NCBI GenBank assembly: GCA_963693365.1
Contig: CAVNZM010000007.1
Coordinates: 2,837,979-2,901,978, forward strand
DNA length: 64,000 nucleotides
DNA from: Amoebidium appalachense
Taxonomy: Eukaryota; Protista; Ichthyosporea
Direction: 5' to 3'
The position numbers were made by a program, and so were the translations under genes. A model generated the notes under the pieces. It worked only from the letters and a program-made list of their open reading frames with translations. It searched no databases and was not told where the DNA came from. Numbering within the stretch: the first letter of the stretch is position 1; each line of letters begins with the position of its first letter. Shown here piece after piece: positions 41,241-50,623 of the stretch.

Positions 41241-41496
41241 TGCATAATATATTAACCATAAAGCAGTCATGGTGTCACAGGATCCATTTTCACCCACCAT
41301 ACAGGCACCTGGCCTCCCGGACCAGCACACTTACACAAAAAAACAAAATTTGATAAAGCGGTACCTGTTGATGCTCTATCTTACCGTACATCCCTTTGTC
41401 GTATATATACTGCCGATGCCGCTACTGCGGCTGATGGCCGGGGCCGGGGTGTAGTCGGTGGATTGTGTCCATCTATACACACACTGCCCTGCGAGC

Positions 41497-42153
41497 TTAT
41501 ATAAAATCGGGAATGTGACAAATCGCTGTGTCTTGGTCCTCTGTCTCCCATCCCTGCAGCTCGTGATCTGCACGTATGTCTAACACTTTGGCCTGAAAAC
41601 TCATTAATGTCTTGCCGTGCTTGGCCCACCACTCCTTGTCGCGCGGGATCTCGTCGATGCGCAGCGACCCGTCGCGCGGGTCGAACTGCACAAAGTCCGC
41701 GACCTCCAGCCCCAGCACAAACAGCTGTGTCTGCACCTGCGCCACATAGTGCTCGGGGATCGGCTGTCCGTCCATGAACTTGCGCTTGTACGGCACCTTG
41801 ATCTCCACCGCGCGCCCGCACAGCGTCACCCGGTCCGGGCTCGCCCCCAGCCACCGGTGCTCCGCGTGCCGGATCAGCCCAAGCTCGATGCACGAGCGCC
41901 CCGTCGCGCGCATGTACGCGTCCGCTGCGTTGGCCTCGTGCTTGTGTCCGAATGCCACGAACACGGGGTCCACGACCCGCCGCTTCAGCCCGGACATGTG
42001 CTCGATCAGGTCCTTCCGCGTCTCGTACGGGTTCACCCCCAGCGCGGCGCCCACGTCCGAGGCCGTGAGCATGGATGCGCGGGCGCGCAGCCACTGTGTA
42101 CTTCCCTGTGGGTAGGGAATCTCGTTTTGTTTCAGACGCTCGATGAAGTCCAT
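41497..42153 (-). CDS. YqaJ-like viral recombinase / lambda-type alkaline exonuclease (~218 aa)
   Basis: QGSTQWLRAR..MLTASDVGAALG.NPY, FGHKHE, LGASPD, VEIKVPY and IPEHYVAQVQTQL form the PD-(D/E)XK YqaJ signature. Confidence 0.93.
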   Translation of the reverse strand: MDFIERLKQNEIPYPQGSTQWLRARASMLTASDVGAALGVNPYETRKDLIEHMSGLKRRVVDPVFVAFGHKHEANAADAYMRATGRSCIELGLIRHAEHRWLGASPDRVTLCGRAVEIKVPYKRKFMDGQPIPEHYVAQVQTQLFVLGLEVADFVQFDPRDGSLRIDEIPRDKEWWAKHGKTLMSFQAKVLDIRADHELQGWETEDQDTAICHIPDFI

Positions 42154-42350
42154 TCTGCACACATCTCTCGTGCGAGTCGGCGTTTTATATGCGCAACTTG
42201 GATGCAAACCAACTGGCAATCACTCATCTTGAGTGATTGCTTGAGTGATTCGTGATCTTCAAAGATGATGAAGAGTAGACGGTTTTATAGGTGCGGTTCG
42301 TGAACACAGAAGTCCGTGACTGGTTCACGGACATCCAGATACATCCAGAA

Positions 42351-43733
42351 TCAGACAAAGCGGATGTCGTCGTCCCCGTACACCTCCTTGAACGCGTTTG
42401 ACACGCGCACGTAGTCCGCCGCGAACATCTCGCGCTTGTTGCCCACCATCACGCGCACCTGCTTGAGCTGGTTCTGCACCAGCTTTTCGAACTGCTCCGC
42501 CTCGTTCTTGTTGCGGTGGGGCATACATATGATGATGAGCTCCTTCATGTCGTGGGACCACAGGTCATACTTGTAGCGCTGGAAAAGCGAGTTGCCCGTG
42601 TGCCCGATCTTAATGTAGCCGTCGATGTGCAGCGCATACACGCACGCCCCACCGGCCGCCTTGAGCGACCAGTCGAAGTTCAGCTGCCGCCAGGCCACGA
42701 AGTGCACGTCCAGACCCTTGAGCTCGGCCTTCATCTCGCGCACTGCCTTCACCATGGCAAGCGTCGAGTCGATGCCCCGCTGGATCGTGTCCTGCTTGGC
42801 CCGCTCCTGTCGCTCTACCTCCTCCGCGCGCTTGACCGCCGCGAGTGCCTCGGGGCAGTAGTTGGTGCAGATGTCGCGGTGCGCGGTGGTGATGAACTTG
42901 TTGAGTTGCTCGAGCGCGGTGTCGAAATCCACTCCCGGCTTGAACCAGTTGCCCGGTTCCAGCATCGCGTCCAGCGGGTTGCGCTTGGCCACCTGCTGCT
43001 CCCCGTCGTCTTCGCGCTCACGCTTGCCCGCGCGCGGGCCCTCCGCGTCCGCGGCCTCCATGTCGATGTGCACGGACTTGGTCTTGGCCCCGTCGCCGCG
43101 TCCTTGGTCGGCGATGCGCACCAGGTCCGCGAAGTAGTCCATCTGGCCCAGGTGCGACTTGACCATCACGTTGTCCCAGAAGTCCCGCAGCGCGGGAAAG
43201 CAGTAGCGCAGAAACGGCGCGGTCAGCTCGAACGCGAACCAGGTCCCGCGGTACATCTCGATGGCGGGTATCAGACCATGCGTTGCGAAGGCGGCGACAG
43301 AGCCGTCCGGGTTGCCCACGGCGGGTAGTTTCTTGATGTTTGCAAAGGTAGGGCGAATCAACCAATCGGAAGACACAACAGAGGACGTTAGGGCATCCCC
43401 TAATGTCGTCTGGGACGCCTGCACCACCGAAACAACCTTCGAAATCGTATTTGCATTGTCCTTTTTCCAGTCAACCGGGTTCTTCCTCACACCCGCCTCC
43501 TTGCTCCCGAGCGACGCGGAGTACCCCGCGTTGAAGAACACGTGCCCGTCGAACTTCGTCAGGTACGTCAGCACCTTCTCCCCGTCCGGCGCGAAGAACG
43601 GGCGCACGCCGGGCCACGCGGGTACCGACGACGTGTCCACGCGCGACTCGTGGCCCGCGGGCGGGCGCCAGTCGGGGCCAAGAGCCTGAGGGGTGGGAGA
43701 GTAAGAGGGTGGGGGAGACGTGTTTGAAGTCAT
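42351..43733 (-). CDS. KilA-N/APSES-like DNA-binding domain fused to T5orf172 (GIY-YIG-like) domain (460 aa)
   Basis: N-terminal DGHVFFNA...KNPVDW...RGTWFAFELTAPFLRYCFP is KilA-N-like. C-terminal GACVYAL..DGYIKIGHT..L.QR...EKLVQNQLK..R....REMF is T5orf172-like. Confidence 0.75.
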   Translation of the reverse strand: MTSNTSPPPSYSPTPQALGPDWRPPAGHESRVDTSSVPAWPGVRPFFAPDGEKVLTYLTKFDGHVFFNAGYSASLGSKEAGVRKNPVDWKKDNANTISKVVSVVQASQTTLGDALTSSVVSSDWLIRPTFANIKKLPAVGNPDGSVAAFATHGLIPAIEMYRGTWFAFELTAPFLRYCFPALRDFWDNVMVKSHLGQMDYFADLVRIADQGRGDGAKTKSVHIDMEAADAEGPRAGKREREDDGEQQVAKRNPLDAMLEPGNWFKPGVDFDTALEQLNKFITTAHRDICTNYCPEALAAVKRAEEVERQERAKQDTIQRGIDSTLAMVKAVREMKAELKGLDVHFVAWRQLNFDWSLKAAGGACVYALHIDGYIKIGHTGNSLFQRYKYDLWSHDMKELIIICMPHRNKNEAEQFEKLVQNQLKQVRVMVGNKREMFAADYVRVSNAFKEVYGDDDIRFV

Positions 43734-44006
43734 TTCAGAGTAAGACTGCGATTTTATTTTGCGCGCGGCGCCTTTTGTACCCGGCCAGCGGGAGGGTGCA
43801 ACACATCCACTTCACTGGTTAACCATTTCAAAGGCCTCAATTTGAGGCATTTGGCTGCCAAGTACCCCAGTGCCTAGCGAAATGACAACCGGTCACATTG
43901 ACCGATTGCAGGCTGCGCGTTACGGCACACACACACACAACCAGAATGGCTATCGATCGATCACATTGATCGATTGCCAATTGATTACCAAAATACACAC
44001 CCGGGT

Positions 44007-45482
44007 TCAATCGCCGTCGACGAGCACAATATCCAATTCCGGCAGCACCTGCTCCTGGTAGTAACGACCAAGGGCGTAATCCTTGCCCTCGCGGACGTCG
44101 TGGACGTACCATGTCGGAACCTCGGGTCCCCACAAGCTGGTTGGGTTCAGCTCCGCATCCCTGTGCTGTTGGAGTGCGTGTGCAAACCCAGGGGGCATCG
44201 TTTCGCCGCGCCGCCATTCAATATTGATCTTGAATGCAAATAGCTCGATGTAGTCCGCGGTGTATGCCATGTCATCGTCAAACTTTGTAAACGCGGGGAG
44301 AACAGTATTTGCCGCCGACAGGAAATCCCGCACTGCCAGTGGCTTGGGCTGTCTTTCGATCAGCCCTTTGAGCTCTCCGGCAAAGCTGCCTGTGCCCGAG
44401 GGTGACTGAAAAATCTCCCGAATGCGCCGAGACATTGGCGCCATCGCAGCCTGCTTGATTAGATTGAGGATGTCCGATGTGGAATACGACTTGAGAAACA
44501 TCCAGTACGCCAACTTCTGCAGGGCCTCTCGCGGGGTGTGAACCCCGTCATTAACTACTAGCAGCGTTGGGTCGACGCTCAGGGGATACTCCGCTTGGAA
44601 CTCGTCCAATTTTTCCAATATCAGTTCGAGGATGTCGATCGGTAGCGGCAGGTCAACAAACACGCGAATGGGAAATCGCCTCAGAATCGCCCGGTCCAGG
44701 TCGAACGGCAGGTTTGTCGCGGCCACATACAGCATATGGTCATTGTTCTTGCGCAGCCCGTCGTACTCCGAAAGAAACTGGTTTGTGATCTTGTACGAGT
44801 TGCCCGACCCGCTCGCACTGTTGCGGTTTCGGGAGCCCAGTATCGACTCGGCCTCGTCCAGAAACATGACAGTGGGACGCAGGCACCTTGCGAGCGAAAA
44901 CACCGCCTGCACCGCCTTCTCCGAGTTGCCCTCCCACTTTGAGTTGAGCACAGCCGACGACACGTTCATAAACGTCGACCTGCCCACCTGCGCCAACTTG
45001 CTCGCAATAAACGTCTTGCCGGTCCCGGGTGGACCAAACATCAGAATTCCCCGCCCAGGCGTTCGCAGGCTGCGGAACAGTTCGGGCACAAATCGTGGAA
45101 CAATAACGGTTTCAAAAAGCTTCTGCTTCGCCTCCTTCAGCCCATTAATGTTCATAAACTCTGCCAGGTCCTCGTCGCGTGGCTCGAGGCCGTCACCGTC
45201 GGGCGGGAAGACGATCTGTCTGATTGGGGTCGTGATCTCGCGGTTTTCTACGTCGTTGTGGATACTGGCAAAGATATCGCAGTTGGTCATGTAGTCCTTG
45301 TACAGCGCGTCCCTTTGCTCCGGTGTCAACTTGCTTGAAGCCCCCACCGCGTCCGCACGGTCCCTTGTACGGTCGGCGGTCAGCTGCCAAATCCCAGAGA
45401 ACCATGAGGTGAGCGGGTCATCGTCCTCCGGCTCCTCGGTTCTGGCACGTTTCGGGGGTCTGCCGCGCGGGCGTGAACTCAT
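44007..45482 (-). CDS. AAA+ ATPase, Vps4/katanin/spastin ('meiotic') clade, intronless, no MIT domain (~491 aa)
   Basis: INGLKEAKQKLFETVIVP, GILMFGPPGTGKT (Walker A), SKWEGNSEK (pore loop), VMFLDEAE (Walker B) and AATNLPFDLDRAILRRF (SRH). Confidence 0.92.
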   Translation of the reverse strand: MSSRPRGRPPKRARTEEPEDDDPLTSWFSGIWQLTADRTRDRADAVGASSKLTPEQRDALYKDYMTNCDIFASIHNDVENREITTPIRQIVFPPDGDGLEPRDEDLAEFMNINGLKEAKQKLFETVIVPRFVPELFRSLRTPGRGILMFGPPGTGKTFIASKLAQVGRSTFMNVSSAVLNSKWEGNSEKAVQAVFSLARCLRPTVMFLDEAESILGSRNRNSASGSGNSYKITNQFLSEYDGLRKNNDHMLYVAATNLPFDLDRAILRRFPIRVFVDLPLPIDILELILEKLDEFQAEYPLSVDPTLLVVNDGVHTPREALQKLAYWMFLKSYSTSDILNLIKQAAMAPMSRRIREIFQSPSGTGSFAGELKGLIERQPKPLAVRDFLSAANTVLPAFTKFDDDMAYTADYIELFAFKINIEWRRGETMPPGFAHALQQHRDAELNPTSLWGPEVPTWYVHDVREGKDYALGRYYQEQVLPELDIVLVDGD

Positions 45483-46030
45483 TGCTCCTCGACTACAAAA
45501 TCGGAAGCGGCGGAGGCGCACACACAACCAAAATGGCCATCGGTCATATTGGTGGGTGGCTGCCCAAAACCCCGCGTGAAAATTCCCCGCGCCGGGGCGG
45601 GGCATGGGGGCATGCGTGGCACACGCGTCTCGCCGGGCGGGCGGGCCGGGCGGGCCTCTCGCTGCCCCCTGGGCCATTTGTACTCCCGGATAATCCGATA
45701 CACAATGTTGTATGCATGTGGCCTGCGGCCTGGCATACTACTGCACTCACGACTTAGACACAGTGGAAAATGTTTTATCACGCGGCCTTTTGGCCTCCTG
45801 GGCCTCGCCGCCCCCTACACCCCGAGTCTCGGTGGGGCGCGCTCGTGTGTTTTTGTGGTTTATTTGCGCGCTGCGCGTTTTGACCCATCCTGGGGCAAAT
45901 GACCAACACAAATACACCCCCACCCCCCACACAACCCTTAGGGGTTAGGCTCACATATGCGCAACCAACACAAATACACACCCAGCCCCACCCCCACACA
46001 CCCGGCTCACATATGCGCAATCACCAAGTT

Positions 46031-47071
46031 CTACAGGTTCACCCGTCTGTCACGAAAATGATACTTAAACGTGTGGCCCTCGAACGGGAATTTGGACTCC
46101 ATGGTGTCCACGTCACAATCCAGCTCGTACACTCTGCATGGTGCAATACAAAGCACCTCCTTCCTGGTAGCATCCATTTGCAGCATCTGCCGCGACAGCA
46201 CCCCCAACCCGAAGTGCTGGCCGAGCGCAATGTAAATCTGGAGGTAGAACGCATCCTCGCTGCCCACCGCCCTTCGCCCAACCACCGCTCCGGCCCTCCA
46301 CTTCCCGTGCTCGTCGATCTTGGCCTCGACCCAGTCGCCTTGGACGATGATGTCCAGGGGCAGAAAGCGCTCGGCCAGCTTCCGCTCGGCCAGCAGGTAG
46401 TAGAGACCCAGGCGCAGCGCGGGCTGCCCACAATGAAGCACCGGCCAGACCTCAAACATTTCTACCGTCCTGGCCTCCTCGACGCTGGCCAACGTGTTCA
46501 ATGCGTACACGGAACACTGCTCGTCCGGCACCGGTGCCGCGCGGACCGTCGCGCTCTCGACGACCTGGTGGAGCGGCCGAACCACGGTCGGAGCCGCCAT
46601 CGCCTGCCCAAGCCTCACACCCCAGACGTGCTCCGTCTCCTCGACGGTGATCACCTCGACGTCGTCCACATCGTCGAAGTCGGGGTGGGGGCACTTGCGG
46701 AGGAGAAACCCGAGGCCCGTGTCGTCGGGGATGAGGCTGCGCAGCGCCGGCGCCTGGAGCTCGTCGTACAGTGCACGCCACCCCGCGCTGCCACGCCCGA
46801 CGAAGTAGGGGTCGGGAGGTGTGTAAGTGTCCCGCTGGGTCCACCGCCCCTCCTCGTCGACGAACTGCCGCGCTACCGGCCCGGAGAGGATGACGTCGAC
46901 CGGCCACACCCTCTCCTCCCCCGTCTTCGTGCTGTAGACGGCGGCAGTGCCCATGCGGATCGAGCCAGGCGCCTCGGGGTGCAGGTGCAGCGTGTAGAAC
47001 AGGTCCGGGTGGTAGGCGAACCGGGGCTCGCGGTCCTCACCGAGAATGTGAATACGCTCAATGTGCGTCAT
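46031..47071 (-). CDS. Hypothetical protein copy 1 (~346 aa), C-terminal Tudor/Agenet-like barrel possible
   Basis: Intronless ORF MTHIERIHIL. VQGDWVEAKIDEHGKWRAGAVVG resembles Tudor-type barrels. A highly similar paralogue lies at 47788-48891. Confidence 0.7.
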   Translation of the reverse strand: MTHIERIHILGEDREPRFAYHPDLFYTLHLHPEAPGSIRMGTAAVYSTKTGEERVWPVDVILSGPVARQFVDEEGRWTQRDTYTPPDPYFVGRGSAGWRALYDELQAPALRSLIPDDTGLGFLLRKCPHPDFDDVDDVEVITVEETEHVWGVRLGQAMAAPTVVRPLHQVVESATVRAAPVPDEQCSVYALNTLASVEEARTVEMFEVWPVLHCGQPALRLGLYYLLAERKLAERFLPLDIIVQGDWVEAKIDEHGKWRAGAVVGRRAVGSEDAFYLQIYIALGQHFGLGVLSRQMLQMDATRKEVLCIAPCRVYELDCDVDTMESKFPFEGHTFKYHFRDRRVNL

Positions 47072-47787
47072 GTTGGCAATTCCAAAAGCCCTCTTGTCAC
47101 GCTGCAGCAAGTGTGAGGTTTTGACAGACCGTCTGTGCTTATGTACGCTTGTGCCGAGCTGTTGGGAGGCCCCGCTGTCTCCCATTGGCTGTGGCGGTCC
47201 CGGGCTCTCACGTGACGCCAATCAAAATCCCCAATTCGGCCCGCTGTACATGTTCTCCAATCGGACACAACTGATCTAAGGCACTCAACGCTCATTGGCT
47301 GTGGAGGGAGCAGGCGCTGCACTCACAATGGCCAATCAACACACCTGATCTCGCGGTTTTCTACGTCGTTGTGGATACTGGCACAGATATCGCAGTTGGT
47401 CATGTAGTCCTTGTACAGCGCAGCGCGTCCCTTTGCTCCGGTGTCAACTTGCTTGAAGCCCCCACCGCGTCCGCACGGTCCCTTGCACGGTGCATGGCTG
47501 CCCAAAACCCGGCGTGAAAATTCCCGCGCCGGGGCGGGGCATGGGGGCATGCGTGGCATGCGTGGCACACAGGGCACCGGCCACGCGCGCCACGCGCGCC
47601 TCGCGCGCCACTCGGTGGGGCGCGCTCGTGTGTTTTTGTGGTTTATTTGCGCGCTGCGCGTTTTGACCCATCCTGTGGGCAAATGACCAACGCAAATACA
47701 CACCCACCCCCACCCCCCACACAACCCTTAGGGTTTAGGCTCACATATGCGCAACCAATCACCAAGTTCGCAAGGTTCACCCGTCTG

Positions 47788-48891
47788 TCACGAAAATGCA
47801 TGCTTAAACGCGTGGCCCTCGAACGAGAATTTGGACACCATGGTGTCCATGTCACAATCCAGCTCGTACACTCTGCGTGGGTCAACTTCAAGCACCTCCA
47901 CCCTGGTAGCATCCATTCCCAGCATCTGCCGCGACAGCACCCCCAACTCCATGTGCTGGTCGAGCGCAATGTCAATCTGGAGGTGGAACGCATCCTCGCT
48001 GCCCACCGCCCTTCGCCCAACCACCGCTCCGGCCCTCCACGTCCCGTGTTCATCGATCTTGGCCTCGACCCAGTCGCCTTGGACGATGACGTCCAGGGGC
48101 ACAAAGCGCTCGGCCAGCGCCCCCTCGGCCAGCAGGTAGTAGAGACCCAGGCGCAGCGCGGGCTGCCCACAATGAAGCACCGGCCAGACCTCAAACATTT
48201 CTACCGTCCTGGCCTCCTCGTCGCTGTCCAACGTGTTCAATGCGTACACGGAACACTGCTCGTCCGGCACCGGTGCCGCGCGGACCGTCGCGCTCTCGAC
48301 GACCTGGTGGAGCGGCCGAACCACGGTCGGAGCCGCCATCGCCTGCCCAAGCCTCACACCCCAGACGTGCTCAGTCTCCTCGACGGTGATCACCTCGTCG
48401 TTGTCGTTGTCCACATCATCGAAGTCGGGGTGGGGGCACTTGCGGAGGAGAAACCCGAGGCCCGTGTCGTCGGGGATGAGGCTGCGCAGCGCCGGCGCCT
48501 GGAGCTCGTCGTACAGTGCACGCCACACCGCGCTGCCACGCCCGACGAAGCGGGGGTCGTCACAGGCCCCCGCTTCATCGCAGGCCATCGCTTCGTCGCA
48601 GGTCATCGCTTCGTCGCAGGCCATCGCTTCGTCGCAGGCTGTGGAACTGTCCCGCTGGGTCCACCGCCCCTCCTCGTCGACAAACTGCCGCGGTACCGGC
48701 CCGGAGAGGATGACGTCGACCGGCCACACCCTCTCCTCCCCTGTCTTCGTGCTGAAGATCGCGGCGGTGCCCATGCGGATCGAGCCGGGCGCCTCGGGGT
48801 GCAGGTGCAGCGTGTAGAACAGGTCCTCTTGGTAGGCGAACCGGGGTTGGCGGTCCTCACCGAGAATGTGAATACGCTCAATGTGCGTCAT
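47788..48891 (-). CDS. Hypothetical protein copy 2 (367 aa) with 4x (A/T)CDEA(M/G) insertion
   Basis: Paralogue of 46031-47071 with the frame conserved despite indels. An 18-nt repeat lies at ~48560-48640. Confidence 0.7.
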   Translation of the reverse strand: MTHIERIHILGEDRQPRFAYQEDLFYTLHLHPEAPGSIRMGTAAIFSTKTGEERVWPVDVILSGPVPRQFVDEEGRWTQRDSSTACDEAMACDEAMTCDEAMACDEAGACDDPRFVGRGSAVWRALYDELQAPALRSLIPDDTGLGFLLRKCPHPDFDDVDNDNDEVITVEETEHVWGVRLGQAMAAPTVVRPLHQVVESATVRAAPVPDEQCSVYALNTLDSDEEARTVEMFEVWPVLHCGQPALRLGLYYLLAEGALAERFVPLDVIVQGDWVEAKIDEHGTWRAGAVVGRRAVGSEDAFHLQIDIALDQHMELGVLSRQMLGMDATRVEVLEVDPRRVYELDCDMDTMVSKFSFEGHAFKHAFS

Positions 48892-49137
48892 GTTGGCAAT
48901 TCCAAAAGCCCACTGTCACGCTGCAGCAAGAGTGTGCTTTTGACAACACCGTCTGTGCTTATGTACCCTTGTGCCGAGCCGTTGGGTGGTCCCGTCGTCT
49001 CCCATTGGCTGCGGCGGTCCCGGGCTCTCACCTGACGCCAATCAAAATCCCCAATTCGGCCCTACACCGCTGTACATGTTCTCCAATCGGACACAACTGA
49101 TCGATGGCACTCGACGCTCATTGGCTGTGGAGGGAGC

Positions 49138-49591
49138 TTTTTTCTCTCTCTCTCTCTCTCGTGTAGACTTCGCTTTTTTCTCTCTCTCTCTCTCGTGTAG
49201 ACTTAGCTTTTTTCTCTCTCTCTCTCTCGTGTAGACTTAGCTTTTTTCTCTCTCTCTTTCTCGTGTAGACTTAGCTTTTTTCTCTCTCTCTCTCTCTTTT
49301 TTCTCTCTCTCTCTCTCGTGTAGACTTAGCTTTTTTCTCTCTCTCTCTCTCTTTTTTCTCTCTCTCTCTCTCGTGTAGACTTAGCTTTTTTCTCTCTCTC
49401 TCTCGTGTAGACTTAGCTTTTTTCTCTCTCTCTCTCTCGTGTAGACTTAGCTTTTTTCTCTCTCTCTCGTGTAGACTTAGCTTTTTTCTCTCTCTCTCTC
49501 TCGTGTAGACTTAGCTTTTTTCTCTCTCTCTCTCGTGTAGACTTAGCTTTTTTCTCTCTCTCTCTCTCGTGTAGACTTAGCTTAGACTTAG

Positions 49592-49621
<30 letters not shown>
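49138..49621 (-). repeat. Right subterminal array, ~12 copies of (CT)nCGTGTAGACTTAGCTTTT (inverse of 20376-21004)
   Basis: The core CGTGTAGACTTAGC is the reverse complement of GCTAAGTCTACACG. Confidence 0.95.
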
Positions 49622-49627
<6 letters not shown>

Positions 49628-49749
49628 CACCCCGCGTGCCTCCCGTGCCTCCCGTGCCTCCTGTGCCTCCCGTGCCTCCTGTGCCTCCTGTGCATTCCCC
49701 GTTCCCCGTTCCCCGGCCTGTTTCTGATTGGTTTCTTGTCTTTACTTTA

Positions 49750-50592
49750 TTAGGCAAACAGGCGCGTGATGCTGTTGGTCGGGACACACAGCTTGCCGGT
49801 GGGTCGGGCAGTGACGTCAGCCACGAATCCGGGCGCGATGATTGGCTTCACTTCCGGCTCTGGAATGTGTGGCTCCATCAACACCTCGAAGTCTTGCACC
49901 ATGCTTGGGTCGGTCCAGCCACGTGCCTGTGTGCAGTAAACACGCCAATGGGCTCTCGCCACGTGCACGGCCTCCGTGTAGTCGGTGTATGTGCCGATCT
50001 TGTGGTATTGCCCTTTCTTGTGCACCATTGGAAACCGCACCTCGAAGAAACCTTCGCGGGTGTTCACAAACCGGCATGGCTGCCCTGTGATTCGTCTCTT
50101 GAACTTGTTATAGGCCTTTGGTCGCGGGCAGAGATTGGTCCGTCGGTTGTCCTTTACTGATTGGTTTCGGTGATCGATCTCGAAGTCCGTACTCGCGGTG
50201 ATAATGCCCTGGAAATAGCACACCAACTGGTGTGCAGCCGGTGACTCAGCCACGTGTTGATTCCAGCCCGGTAGGTAGAGTCGTAGGTAGCCTTTGGTAT
50301 CGCGTACCCAGCCCACATGTGTTGCCCAGGTCATGTCCTCCTCGGAAAAACACCAATCGATTCCGCCCATTCTTATCGTATCCGTACCCACCGCGTGCAT
50401 CTCATTGGCTTCACTCCACGTGTTCATCACCGGCTCATCGTTTGCGTCATACCAGAACAGGCTGAACCCACTGCCCTTCTGAATGTTGCTGTTGTACCAT
50501 GTTATTAGTTGTAAAGGCTTGTATATGCCCAGAGCAACCAGAAATTTGCACCATTGTGGCGCGTTGTGTATTTCATCATCCATGATCGCCAT
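49750..50592 (-). CDS. HNH endonuclease with C-terminal AP2-like domain (280 aa)
   Basis: AHQLV...EIDHRNQSVKDNRRTNL (HNH_3-type), followed by FEVRF.....HKIGTYTDYTEAVHVA (AP2-like), as in phage and viral HNH-AP2 homing endonucleases. Confidence 0.85.
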   Translation of the reverse strand: MAIMDDEIHNAPQWCKFLVALGIYKPLQLITWYNSNIQKGSGFSLFWYDANDEPVMNTWSEANEMHAVGTDTIRMGGIDWCFSEEDMTWATHVGWVRDTKGYLRLYLPGWNQHVAESPAAHQLVCYFQGIITASTDFEIDHRNQSVKDNRRTNLCPRPKAYNKFKRRITGQPCRFVNTREGFFEVRFPMVHKKGQYHKIGTYTDYTEAVHVARAHWRVYCTQARGWTDPSMVQDFEVLMEPHIPEPEVKPIIAPGFVADVTARPTGKLCVPTNSITRLFA

Positions 50593-50623
50593 TCATGTCT
50601 ATGCACACATAATATTTTTCACA

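Larger units (their letters stand above)
45233..49137. repeat. Internal tandem duplication: 45233-47311 and 47346-49137
   Basis: The second copy starts with a piece of the AAA ATPase gene (47346-47486 = 45233-45367), has an internal deletion, then duplicates the downstream ORF and its upstream region. Confidence 0.9.

Noticed and set aside
45899-49035. Long + strand ORFs (45899-47116, 47638-49035), and similarly 39615-40688 and 42516-43328
   Set aside because: These are antisense shadows of GC3-rich genes on the opposite strand.
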